In this document: positions 1 through 12,331 of the stretch, piece by piece
Position numbering within the stretch: position 1 is the stretch's first letter
Layout: every line of letters starts with the position of its first letter
NCBI GenBank assembly: GCA_003344405.1
Contig: NOWV01000017.1
Coordinates: forward strand, 186,001 to 250,000
Length of the DNA stretch: 64,000 bases
Direction of reading: 5' to 3'
DNA from: Trichoplax sp. H2
Lineage: Eukaryota
The notes under the pieces: generated by a model
What the model was told of the DNA's origin: nothing
What the model saw: only the letters and a program-made list of their open reading frames with translations
Databases searched by the model: none
Translations under genes and position numbers: made by a program

Positions 1-3000
1 ATACACCTTCTTCATCTTCAGGCTCGAATGTACCTTTACATGAGTATGCGGATACATGATAATAAGTTTTTAAAAATGATTTCGTCAAGCTTTTCAGGTG
101 TTTGACTCATAGAGAGTGCTATACTAAAATTAATGAGTTAACAAAATGATTGTCCTGCTACTGCTGATTATAATATGTAAATACTAACCGAATATCCTGT
201 CCCAAATAATTAATACACCAGCGTAATTTTTATCTATATATTGAGGATTGCGGCCTAGTAGGTGAATGTAGTATAAAAATAACTTCATTAATTTTTGACT
301 GATTTTAAATCTGAATTATTCTTTGCTTAAAAATTGTAAACATACTATGATGAACTCGATGATGGCTTGGTGTATTGAGAAAGTATTCTAGAGGTCCGAT
401 TTTATCAATTACCTAGATATCAAGTAAATATTAGCCAGTGAGTATATAGAAGATTGTTTGATTAAGTCAGCGACGATGAACATGGTAATTTCAAATACGA
501 TTAGCATTAAGGTAACAACATTACTATTAGTTAAATTGAAGATTAATAGTTTTTGATAAACACTATTGGTAAACATGCGATTATAAAGGATTGGTTAAAG
601 AGGAACTTAAATTTTCAATACACCGGATATGTAAGACCATTCGACTACAAACTAGCTCATTTTCTAGAGTTTGTAATCGCCACTTTCAATAATTCATTAC
701 AATAATTAATTTTTACTAATGCTAAACATATTACCATCATTAAATGGCGATATTTAAAGCGCCGTAAGTGGTTATTAGTTTACATATTTGTTTAATCGAA
801 GTCTAATTATTTAAAGTGTATAAATTGTAAAAAAAATTACCCCGTAACAAAGGTTAATGCAGGATGTATTACATTCATCGAAGATATAAATTTTAATTTA
901 CAATTTTGCGTTAATTTTGTCAGCATATTACAGCTATGAAAACGACTTGAATAAGACTAGGTTAACTTTAATTAAAATTTCGGTAGTAGAGTTAGTTTAC
1001 CTCAGTATGTATCCAAAATTGAAAGATTAAGTTCAATTGTATATGAACTAAGAAAACTGGAGGGGGCACTAACAATGCCAAAGGTAAATAACCTACCTGT
1101 TAAATAGTCCAATAACATTTAAAATTAGGATACTAAGAAGCATAAGATTGCTCGAAGGCTTAGGGATTGTTTTATTAAATTGTAACAAGAAGAATTGATA
1201 TCTTTCGACAATAGATTTCTATAGAATAAGGATATCTTTTAGAACACACATATACAGTATGTACTTACTGTTTAAACTATTAGATTCTAGCAAACACAGA
1301 ATATAGATTTATCGATATAGTATTTTCAATAGTACAGGAAAAGAGCACTTAGAACATACCCAGCTGAAGTATTGTTGAAGAACAGATTGGCGTAGGGCAG
1401 TTGATAGATTATATTCCTCAGAACTGTGATGAACTTGATGAGCAGCCCAAAATAAGTTGACCTCTGTAGTTTAATTAGAATAATACGTCAAGAAAAGATC
1501 GATTTTGGCAGAGAATACATCTTTTTCTAGATTTGCCTAGTATTTAGTAAAAGTATGTGATGTACAGAGTAAATTTTAATGACGAGAAATTTTTCTTGCC
1601 TTATCAGAGTTTGCAAACTGTGTAATCAATAAGCTTATAACGACGAATATACTCCTACATAAAAATAGTACGTTGATTGGCACCTTATTTTAGAATACAG
1701 GGCATCCTATCACTATTCTGCTGTAAGTATGGTCAATTTATTATTTATAAATTAACTAAAGGCAACCGTATATCACCCTATTCTATATATCATACGTTAA
1801 GAATAGCATTTGTGATCTTTTGTGCTAGAGTAATTAACGCATTCTTACACAAGCTTTCTTGATATGATCACTTTATCATCAGTTGATATTTCTATGATTG
1901 ATTGGGAAGTAGTGTGCTAATTTACTTCTATCCAGCTACATCTATGCATGTGCACCCTAATTCAATCTCACTTATGCTAGTTATCCACATTTTTAAAGTG
2001 TTTAAATTAGTTTATCGCCAATTAAATTGTATTTTGTATGCACTCGTATTAGGCATTGCATTTCTGCGACGGTCAATATTGTACTGAAATCAACATAAAC
2101 TAATAGGATTTATGCTGCTTTTCTTACCATGGCCAAAACGATGTACCCAATAATATCCCATATCAACACTTAGTAAGCAGAAGATCCATGTCCAATAAGA
2201 ATTCCATGGCAATCGTACTAAATTGTAATGCTCATAAAACCAAATGTAGGCTCCTAATTCAAGGCTACCAAAATACAGCCTGGAGAAGTGCAGATATATA
2301 TAGTCATTGTAAAACATTGGTATTCGTATATGGGATTTATCAAGCATAAAAAAAGAACTTGATCTACAATGAATTCATTAGCACTAGCTATCGACGACAG
2401 AACATACTGTGGAAGTCTTGATATAATGCCAGCTGAGAGAGATCCAATTATATCGTTGACTCTAGCTGATGATCCAATTCCCATGATTGATTTAATGATA
2501 ATTTCTAGTATAATAGCGCTTATAAAGAGTGGCACTACCTAGAGGATAGATAACGACATAGGAAGTATATCAAAATAGAATTGTGTCTACCTTAGTGGCG
2601 ACATCTGTTAAGAGTTCTGTAAGTTTCTGTAGTAATTATGGATGTAGTATTATTCAATCGTTCATTACAATTACTGCCTATGCCTGTATGCTATCGGATG
2701 CAAAGATGATATACTAGAGTATCTTACAGTCTGGTTGTAAGCTAACTTGTATCTCTATACACGTATGATTGTTGATGTAAACAATTGGATATTATCGACA
2801 CTTGGCTAGCCAACTTGAAGTTGGGGCTATATTTCACCCATCCATCTCTACTAGTTGCTGAATGATGTAGAAAAGTATGGTTAAAAAGCTCTTCATTTTT
2901 TACCTGTTTGACGTATTCAGGGACTTCTTGAACCGTCTGAAACATGCTTTCACTAGGAGCCACAAGATAAAATAACGATCGTAGGGGGAAAATATCGATC

Positions 3001-3029
3001 GGTAAGACTGTAATACTCGTATTCGCCAT
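1..3029 (-). CDS. AGMO: Alkylglycerol monooxygenase (fatty-acid hydroxylase family); spliced, 3' part runs off the window
   Basis: Exons 3029-2904, 2538-2408, 2279-2128, 1463-1360 and four more down to position 1, all GT-AG. They give His-box motifs [54 protein letters not shown] and [18 protein letters not shown]. Confidence 0.93.
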
Positions 3030-3332
3030 TATTATCGCTCACTGGAATATGATTAACTATAATCAATCAATTATAATATGACACGTTCAATGATGATCGA
3101 TCAAATATTCAATCTATTGGCAAGATTTTGGCCTATGACTTTCTTTGTAGTGGGCTATCAGTCGTAGATAATCAATTTAGCCACAATCCTTGGTAATGAT
3201 ATCTAGTAAAATATATGCGCAAGTTGATAGCATTAATTAAAGATCTAGCCAATGAGTAATTTCTATTATAATTTAATTTTTCCCCTATTGTATTCTAGGA
3301 TAAGCGAGCTTCTATTCATTTACAATATTGAT

Positions 3333-4042
3333 TAACTTTAATAGTGTTAAGAGTAAATGGCTGGTACAATATCACAACTTGTAGGACTGATTGTATAAGA
3401 TTTTATGATAACAAGTAGAGTCTATGCTGTTATGGTAGTCAATCGATTTAAATTTGAATGGTTTGATATCTGTAACTTTAATAGTATTAAGAGTAAATGG
3501 CTGGTACAATATCATAACTTGTAAGACTGATTGTATAAGACTTTATGATAACAAGTAAAGTAAAGCTGTTATGGTAGTCAATCGATTTCAATTTGAATGG
3601 TTTGATATCTGTAACTTTAATAGTGTTAAGAGTAAATGGCTGATACAATATCATAACTTGTAGGACTGATTGTATAAGATTTTATGGTAACAAGTAGAGT
3701 CTACAGTATACTGTCGTTGTAGTCAATCGATTTAAATTTGAATGGTTTGATATCTGTAACTTTAATGGTATTAAGATTAAAAGGCTGATACAATATCATA
3801 ACTTGTAGGACTGATTATAGAAGATTTTATGATAACAAGTAGAGTCTACAGTATACTGTCATTGTAGTCAATCGATTTCAATTTGAATGGTTTGATATCT
3901 GTAACTTTAATAGTGTTAAGAGTAAATGGCTGGTACAATATCATAACTTGTAGGACTGATTATAGAAGATTTTATGATAACAAGTAGAGTTGATGCTGTC
4001 ATGGTAGTCAATCAATTTCAATTGAAATGGTTTGATATCTGT
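3333..4042. repeat. Tandem array of 5 copies of a 139-145 bp unit
   Basis: Unit begins TAACTTTAATAGTGTTAAGAGTAAATGG; copies start at 3333, 3473, 3612, 3757 and 3902. Confidence 0.95.
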
Positions 4043-5770
4043 ATTGGCGATTGCTTTACAGCAGGCGTAGCAAAATGTTTGCAAAATAAAATGGTCCTTA
4101 ACAATGATCGATATTGTAGCCAATCTAGTCTAGATTGCAATCCTATTATTATTTTCCACCTACTTTTGAATCGATAGCTTATATTAAGATTTCCAACGGA
4201 TAGCAATCAGCACGTTCGATAAAGATGGGCTAGTTTAGAAGGAAAGGGCCAACACGAAGAGCATTCCCACACTCTAACACCAAGAGGCTGCACTGATGAT
4301 TATTGAACCCTTAATAATGAAAGGCTGAAATTCAGTCCTGATACGTTGGTATGCTTGTGGCAGTGGCCCAACCCAACTTTCCTGATCGGCGATTGGTACG
4401 TCGCAACGCAAGTGTATGACGTCATGATGGCCAGCCAAATTGGGAAGTAAACAGTGCTGCGAGCTCGGCTGCTCGATAACCTTGGCAACACCAATAGTAA
4501 AGCACGTCGTGAAGGTAGAAACGCTCAACGTTATTGTGAAGTAATATTTCAGGACGAGAAGAAATGTTTCATGTTTGCTCATTGGCCTGATCTCCACTCC
4601 AGCAAAAGAGAACGAGGAAAATAGTAGGGATGAGTCCATTGAGCAAAGATTTGTTCTCGTCCTGCAACATTGTCCACTCCAGTAGCTGCAATGCAGTAGT
4701 CGGTTTAGAACGTAGCGTTCCTATTAAACCAGTGTGATTTATACTGTATAGAGTAAGTACATAACTGTAGTTGTTAAGTAACATAGTCCAAGTTCTAGTG
4801 TACTGCATTGAGCGGTGGACCCCAAAATTGGATAGAAATTTTAAACGGGCAAAATATTGATTCCAAAGCAAGTACTCTACTGTTCTCTACCGCGTATCGG
4901 TGCTCACGTACTACAGCTGTGAACGGCCTCTCATTTCGTCGCTACAATTCAGCAATCACTGTTAAGCCCAGGTTTTTTCTTTCTTTCTTTCCTCGTAGCT
5001 AAACCCTAGTCCATGGACTTGTACAACTATACTACTGTCTTTGTAAAAGTCTATGGCTAAACCATCGTGCTGTTCATTTATTAGAAGATCATGGACGCTA
5101 GGTCTGTCAGCGGTTTGGTTTCATTTTAGATTGAGTACAGTACAGTATGATCTGTCTACGAGTAACTACGCACTCTCTGTCCGTTCCGTTCCATACGGTC
5201 TACTCGCTTACTCGCTATCATCTGTACAGTTTTACAGTAGAGTACATGAATATGATAGCTTGGAAAGACACCATGATTGATATTCAAGATGATGAGAGGA
5301 TGAAGAGTAGGTTTATTTGTAGATTGAGAATGAACGCACATAGGTAGAACGTTAGAGAGACATACAGGAGGAGGCTACTACCAGACAGACAGAATAGGAA
5401 TCTATCAATATGATACAGTACAGTACTGTACTGGATCATTGAGACGTACAGTTAGACTGCTAGCATGTGATATCACTTATCGATGTACACGTGGAAGGTA
5501 TTGGATGCACATAGTACACATTATACTGTATATCTGTACGGTGGTTATAGAGTGTGTATCAAATTATTTTGCCACTTTGAAAGGAATCAACCAGTGATCT
5601 TAATAAACAAATACTGATTAAAAGTTGTTATATGCCATAAAACTATCATTCGACGATAGTTTTACTGTATTTTTAAAGAAAAATATGGCCCGAAAGTGAT
5701 AAAATGTTATGGAACATACTGTACAGTGTACAGTGTACAGTAGGCTGTCCATTCATATTACAGTGTACAG

Positions 5771-6049
5771 TACTGTAATCAAAGAGATGGGAGGTGAGCC
5801 TGCTCAGTGCACGCTCTGTTTCGGTTTCGGCGGGCACGAGAGCAAGGGAGTTTAAATTCCATTTGATTTGATGTTAATGAAACAAGACCTTGTATAAGTT
5901 ATGCCAGGGACTTGGAATAAAAGTTCTGATGATGGTATGAGCAGCAACGACTCAAGTAAAAGTGTTTACTTTCAAGTCAACACTTGATCAATCCCTACTC
6001 TTACTGTTGTTGTTGGCAGGGCGCGCTGTCCAGTCATCCTGCTACAGTA
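5771..6049 (+). ncRNA. Candidate long rod-like structured RNA or decayed fold-back element, family unknown
   Basis: About ten colinear stems centred near 5917, e.g. 5812-5820/6015-6023, 5863-5871/5972-5980, 5899-5906/5933-5940 and 5907-5913/5921-5927, with many G-U pairs on the + strand. Confidence 0.4.
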
Positions 6050-6304
6050 GGGTGTATCATTCTAGCTGTACAGTACAGTAAACTGACCAGTAAAATAAGA
6101 GACGATCGTTTCCTATCGGGGTCTCAGTACTGTACACATCCAGTAGACGAAAATCCATTGTACCTCCGTCCACGCTATACAGTATAGACAGTGGCTACTG
6201 TTGTATGGCACATACTATACCTTATTGGACTAGCAAGAAAACTTGCTAGTCCAGTCTTGTAGCCCTTAGTCCAAGTGTCGGCGTCCAGCCGAAAAGATTC
6301 CAAC

Positions 6305-9300
6305 ATGGCTTTGCAATATAGTATGCGACAAGATCGTCCTATCAATGTCCAGCAACACTATAATGTGCCCAATTTACAGCCTGTCTCCATGGCTTGTAAG
6401 TATTGTCATTTTATAGTCCAAGTCAATTGATATTTTGGTCGTTGTTGTCCGTCGGCCAGGCCATTACTGGACTAGTGTTGCCTTTTCTTCTACCTTGGTC
6501 AATGATGGATGATTCAATACTGCGCTAAAATTCTGCTTGTACCTTAATGATGAAAATCATGTCGGCTACGTTGAAATGTATACGAGTAGAATGGTAGTCA
6601 ATGGAATAAGATTACTACGTTAGTACAGTTTAAGTTGCACAAGAGTACAGTGTATGTACAATCTTAGCTAGTCACATTGAAAGGTTGACAGCCAGAAATA
6701 CTATCGATTTAGAGACTCGTTGTCTACGATACATATTGCAGTATTTTACTGGACGTCAAGTTACTGGCCAACGTCTTCAATCGTCATCCAACTCAAAATC
6801 AACAGGATCTATGTCTTTCCAGTCGTATTACATAGAAATTTCTACTTGTTCAATGGCCTTCTTGTTACTTACAGTACTGACAGTTATAGCATTCTTAGAA
6901 TGAATTGCATTACTAACCAAAAGAGATTACTGTACAAAGGAACTGGAAAATATCCTGTAGACCCTGTATTACAATAGGCAAGAATATCTTGTAGACCTTA
7001 TATTACAATATGCAAGAATATCCTGAACACCCCAAAGTCAACTAAAATTATACGCCAAATTTGGAGGCAATCTGCCATGTTTCAGTATCCAATCTTGGAA
7101 CATCCAATGCAATGAATCTCTAGCCTTACAATCATCATACTATCAAATTGTATCGTCATACTGACTCGTAGAAGCTTTATGCATTCTTACAGGCTACAGC
7201 ACGTCTGAATATAACAGAATCAACCTTTCATTAATATTTTTCTAACGAGCAGTTTAGACACGTACAGTAGCTCGAGATGCTTCTTACGAAATCACTTATA
7301 ATTATGCCAACTATACTATTAATCTATCAATACTAGATAGTTTATTTAAAACAATGCTGTCGCTGATACATACTGTACTGTACTGTACTGTAGTCAAGCA
7401 GTAAATTCACTTTCTACTATAAACGTAGATTATACGATATATTGTCGATGGACTGTAGACCAAAGTCATCAATAATAATCACAATTACATCGTTGCATCG
7501 ATTATGTATCCCGTGTAATTTACAAAATATTAGATTGTTAGCTAGTAGAACTAGTTCAAAATCTCGTAAAAATTCGAGTGAATCGCACTTGTTTCATGCC
7601 ACAAAATGCGTCAGTACCGTACTACTTTGATGATAAGTTTGCTGCTAAAATTGCTTTTCCATTTTGGTAATTTGAAATGCTTGGTTTATGATTATTAATA
7701 ACACAGCCTACAACTACCCTTATCAATCTTCCCCCGATGTTGGTAAACCGGTAAGATCTCGTAACTTACGTTGCAATAAATTAGAATAACCTTATAGTAA
7801 TCGATGTGATTAGTTAGGTGATAGCTACATTAGCATTGCTATTCCTAGCCCTAGGGTACGAGCTACTACACTGTATTATGCACAATATTTTACATCCTTA
7901 TGATTCGTTTCGGTTATAACCGCTACAGGCGGTTGTTCCATCGTAGATGGAAGAGGTGACATAATACTAAAAGATTATAATGACTTTAGTAAACAACTAT
8001 GCAGTTAAATTAAGTGTAGTTGCTCAAGTTAATTCTTTCAATTACTAGGTACAAGTAAACCAATCTCTTCAATGGAGTTCACCACAGCAGCTGCAGGCAC
8101 CTCCGCGTTATCAAATTGGCGTCACACAGGTAGGAATCGTATTATTTGACTCTAATTTCCTTAATTTTGAACCATTTAGTTTCCTATATCATATTAATCT
8201 AATGTCAAGACTGTAGAGGATCACTAGATCAGTAATAGTTGAATATATTAGAACATAACTCTTAGCACGATCATATAAATCAATTATTATCCAACATCAG
8301 TTACACCTCTACACGTTGCTTCGTTAAAAGCTAAAGATAATAAAAAGAAGTATGTCACATTAATACCAGTATGTTACACAAATATATACAATAGTATAAT
8401 TTACATAGTTGTTAGTGGCTCTACACTCAAACTGTTGTTATAAAATTTAAACCACTTTATACGAGTATTCAATAAATTGGATAATTTTCTGTAATACCAT
8501 TACTATTAATATTGCTATAATAATCGACTTTTATCTCTTACCAGCAAAATAGGAATTTTGTTGTTACATTATTGCACTAATTTGAAATTGCAAATATGAT
8601 TTTAATTAATTATGATACAGTTGCTACTGTCAGTTGTTGTGTCATGTTCTACTACATTATATATGGTATAGGAAACTTCAGACTAAGAATACTGCATAAT
8701 TTAAGATTTACCGTTTACTAATTTCACATACAGCCTCGTATGGAACCGACTAAGCCTCCAAAAGCACCAGAGAAACCTCTTATGCCATACATGAGATACA
8801 GTAGCAAGGTTAGTAGTAAATAAATGAATTTTTATACTTCAAGTCAGCTAGGCTAGAGACTGTATATCATTTTCATTAAGAGTCCTTATATTAGACATGA
8901 TAATAAATTCATAGATGTTCGAAAAAGTGAAAGAGCAACATCCTGACTTAAAACTATGGGAGATTGGAAAAATGATTGGTGCAATGTGGAGAAATCTCGA
9001 TGATAAACAAAAACAAGTAAGACCTAAACTAAATATGTATAGATACAGTTTAAGCTGTGATTTACAAACCGTAACGTCAGCTTATTAAAATAGATAAAAG
9101 TTACATAGAATTGCCTTCTACACTTTTGTTGATACAGTTAATTCACTTCTTACCCTACCCTATAGGAGTACTTTGATGATTACGAAAAAGACAAGGTTAT
9201 AATTCTTTCCCATTTTTCTGATAGTTATCCACTGTTTAGAAATTCTCATTTTGTAACTTCTAAAACCTAAAATTTAGAGACAATATAATGAATCTGTAAA

Positions 9301-10572
9301 AGCATATCAACAATCACCTGAATATCAGGCCTGGGTTATCTCCAAAGCAAGAAATAATGCTCCCCCTATACCGAATCCGAACCCGAACCCGAACCAAAAC
9401 CCAAAACCTCAAGGTATAGATGATACATTTTTACAATCCCTATTGATTATAGGTTTTGCTATGAATTAATGTTTCGATTGATATCTATTGTGTATGTATG
9501 TCGTGATATGCAGTAGTTCGTTCAGCACAAGATCAGCAAATATACGACAAAGCAATGCAGCATGCAGCACCTTCTGCTCCTGTAAGATTTCTTAATAGTA
9601 CTTTATTTTATACTTACTATTGATGTATGCTTATGACTATAATGGGAACGTTAATAATGTTCTGTTTGAATGAATAGCTACCAGAGCCTCCTATTAGTAT
9701 GCAAATTATAGAAGATGAAAGCGAAGGTAAAATATATTACCTAGCTGGCTTTGCTAGGTTTATTTGTTACTGGGTATAATGATTCCATTCGCTTTATATT
9801 ACAGAAAATGAACTGACGGAACAGCATATTGCTGCCGCACGTTTTTACAGAAACAATATATTAATGAATGAAATTTTCAGTGACACTGCTGCACGTGAAC
9901 CTAGCTCAGGTAAGATCATAAAGTTATAACCAAAAAGTTTGGTATATGCAGAATGTACTCTTAATTTTGACGTAATATTATGAATGCCAACAGGGGCCAC
10001 AGATGATCGCGTAAAAATATTAAGAGATCGACAAGAGTCTCTTAAGCAAATGCAAGTAAGTGGCAAGCAATGAAATTTTATATTACAAGCAAAATATTGA
10101 TTTTAATATGATCTTTATGAGTAAAATAATGACTACATTAATTTACTTGGCGATTGAAAAAAATTAGAAAAAGCAAGAGAAAGAACTACAAGAATTACAG
10201 GAAAAATTTGAACAAAAGAAGAGGAAATACGTGGAAAATGATGAAAAGTTTAGAAATAAATTGAAAGAGGTAATCACAACTTTTATCCCATATATTTATG
10301 TATCTATATGAGATGTAGTCATGCAAAATTTATTTATATTATAGCATAATATGGCATAATTAAAGTATAAAGATTGATACAGATTGCTATTGATCATTTT
10401 AAGGAATACGAAGTTTTACACTACATCAGCTATCAAATACTACTGTATACATCATGATAGCGGTTGATTTGAGTGTGTATTTTCTTTAACGTTTATGCCC
10501 TTTCTTTAACGTACTCAATAGTTGCGTTCGAAGAAGGAAGAAACTAATGCAGCGTTGAAGAAAGCTTCTTAA
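6305..10572 (+). CDS. SMARCE1: SWI/SNF (BAF) subunit BAF57, HMG box plus coiled coil; spliced
   Basis: Exons 6305-6395, 7707-7750, 8049-8129, then [19 protein letters not shown] / [28 protein letters not shown] (HMG box), [20 protein letters not shown], a coiled coil and stop TAA at 10570-10572. The three 5' exons are less certain than the core. Confidence 0.9.
6949..7031. repeat. About 2.4 copies of a 34-bp tandem repeat in SMARCE1 intron 1
   Basis: AATATCCTGTAGACCCTGTATTACAATAGGCAAG repeated with few mismatches. Confidence 0.8.
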
Positions 10573-11641
10573 ACAATGTTGTTCAAAATAATGTGATCTA
10601 ATATCTGTACCATGTAACCCGAAAAATCGATGTTAATTAATTAAATTAGGTCAACGCTATATTTTGTAGAATAATATTAATGTAAGAGGAATTTGATTAA
10701 TCTTCATATTACTATCTAATTGTTTAGCACAGCCTGAAAGTTATGGTTTAGGTTAGTAACTATTAATTTCCCGTACATGTAGAACGTCCTTCAACTTAAC
10801 TTAACGTATTAATGTATGGTTTAAAGTTTATCGTTGCGGTACAAATGCTAATGTGTAAAATTACTGTATTCTTAATGTTTTGTAATTGATATTACTGAAA
10901 TGTAGGACAAAGCTCTCGTAGTAAATTAAAATCATGGCAATTTATTTGCTGAATCTTGATGTAATGTTGACCAAATGTTGCTAATTACTGTATTATATTG
11001 TATAACAAGTAAAACACCTATCCGACATTATATTGTACATTCCTGATATTATTGTATTGTATTGAAATACATGTAAAATAAAATACATGACGTACTCTAC
11101 ATGGTAAGATGCGGGTTTACCAAGAATTGCTGTTAAACAGATTGATAATGCTGCGTTCTGGAGTATGCATTCATTATAAAGTACAATCCGGATCACTTTT
11201 ATATATTCGCTATTAAAGATCTCCCATTGCCTTACAAAATCCAACAATTTGGCGGTATCGTTATTATAGTATATGTAATTGTACTGGTATATGGTTCTAC
11301 GACATTTCCCGCCGCTATCCCATAGACAAAATAGTATACGTAGAAATTGTTGATCTTAGAATTTGACTTCTCTAGCAGTAAATAGCATTTCATCAACAAT
11401 AATTTTGAGGAAACCGTAGAGTGACGTGGATAGCCTCTTCAAATCTGGCAAAGTAATTCCAAATGTCATTGAAATTTTACTCAGCACATGCAATTAGTAC
11501 AACAGTAAAAGCTGGAAATTTGTTGGATGTATTTGTTAAGCTGAAAGCACGAAGTTAAAGAGGAGAAATAAAATATTTTTCTCCCTCAAAGGGGAAAGAT
11601 GCGAACACGACACGTCTTGTCTATGGATTCCATTAAATTCT

Positions 11642-11738
11642 ATGAGAATTTAGTCATTCACGGCCATACCACTCGTACATTCGGTATGTGTAGCAGACTA
11701 CTTAATGCTGTACGATCACGCTGACTAAAAATTCTCGT
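11642..11738. other. ~97-bp fold-back (hairpin or small MITE-like element)
   Basis: Nested inverted repeats ATGAGAATTTAGTCA/TGACTAAAAATTCTCGT, TCGTACA/TGTACGA and GTAG/CTAC. Confidence 0.5.
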
Positions 11739-12331
11739 CTACTTATATGAGTATAACAATATATACAACATCAGATTAGACGTTAGCTGAAGGCGCTCTT
11801 AATTATTATTGTTTAATGAAAGTCATCAACAGATTATGATAAAACTGTAATGTGTAATTGACCTGACTATATCTTATGAATCACAGATAACATAAGTTTT
11901 ACGTTTAATTAATTTAAACTATGTGACTAAATATACCAAATTATATATGACTACAACAGTTAATTATGTTCACTTCGAAAGACGTACCCTATCAGTCCTA
12001 AGTGACGGTATCAAGAGTTAAAAATATTCGTAGTACCAGTATATTAGCGACATATTTGTTGAATAGCAAATCTAGTGTGGTAATCCTAAAAGTACTTTTC
12101 AGTAATGTGATAGTTTTAACAGTAGTGTACAGATATAAACCGCACGAATTTTCAACTCAAGAATGTTTTGGCAGCGGAATTAATTCAGAATAAAATAAAA
12201 ATATATATTAATATGTAACATTAAAACAGGTATCAATTTTAAGGTCCTCTTTATCTTGTTAAGCCGTTTAAACAATTCCTAAAAATTCTACATTCTACAA
12301 GATTAGGTTAAAGTTATACACTACATACAAA

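Noticed and set aside
5879-5940. Hammerhead ribozyme (GAAAC, GUA and CUGAUGA all present)
   Set aside because: Stems I and II cannot form next to the core (U opposite U at both closing positions).
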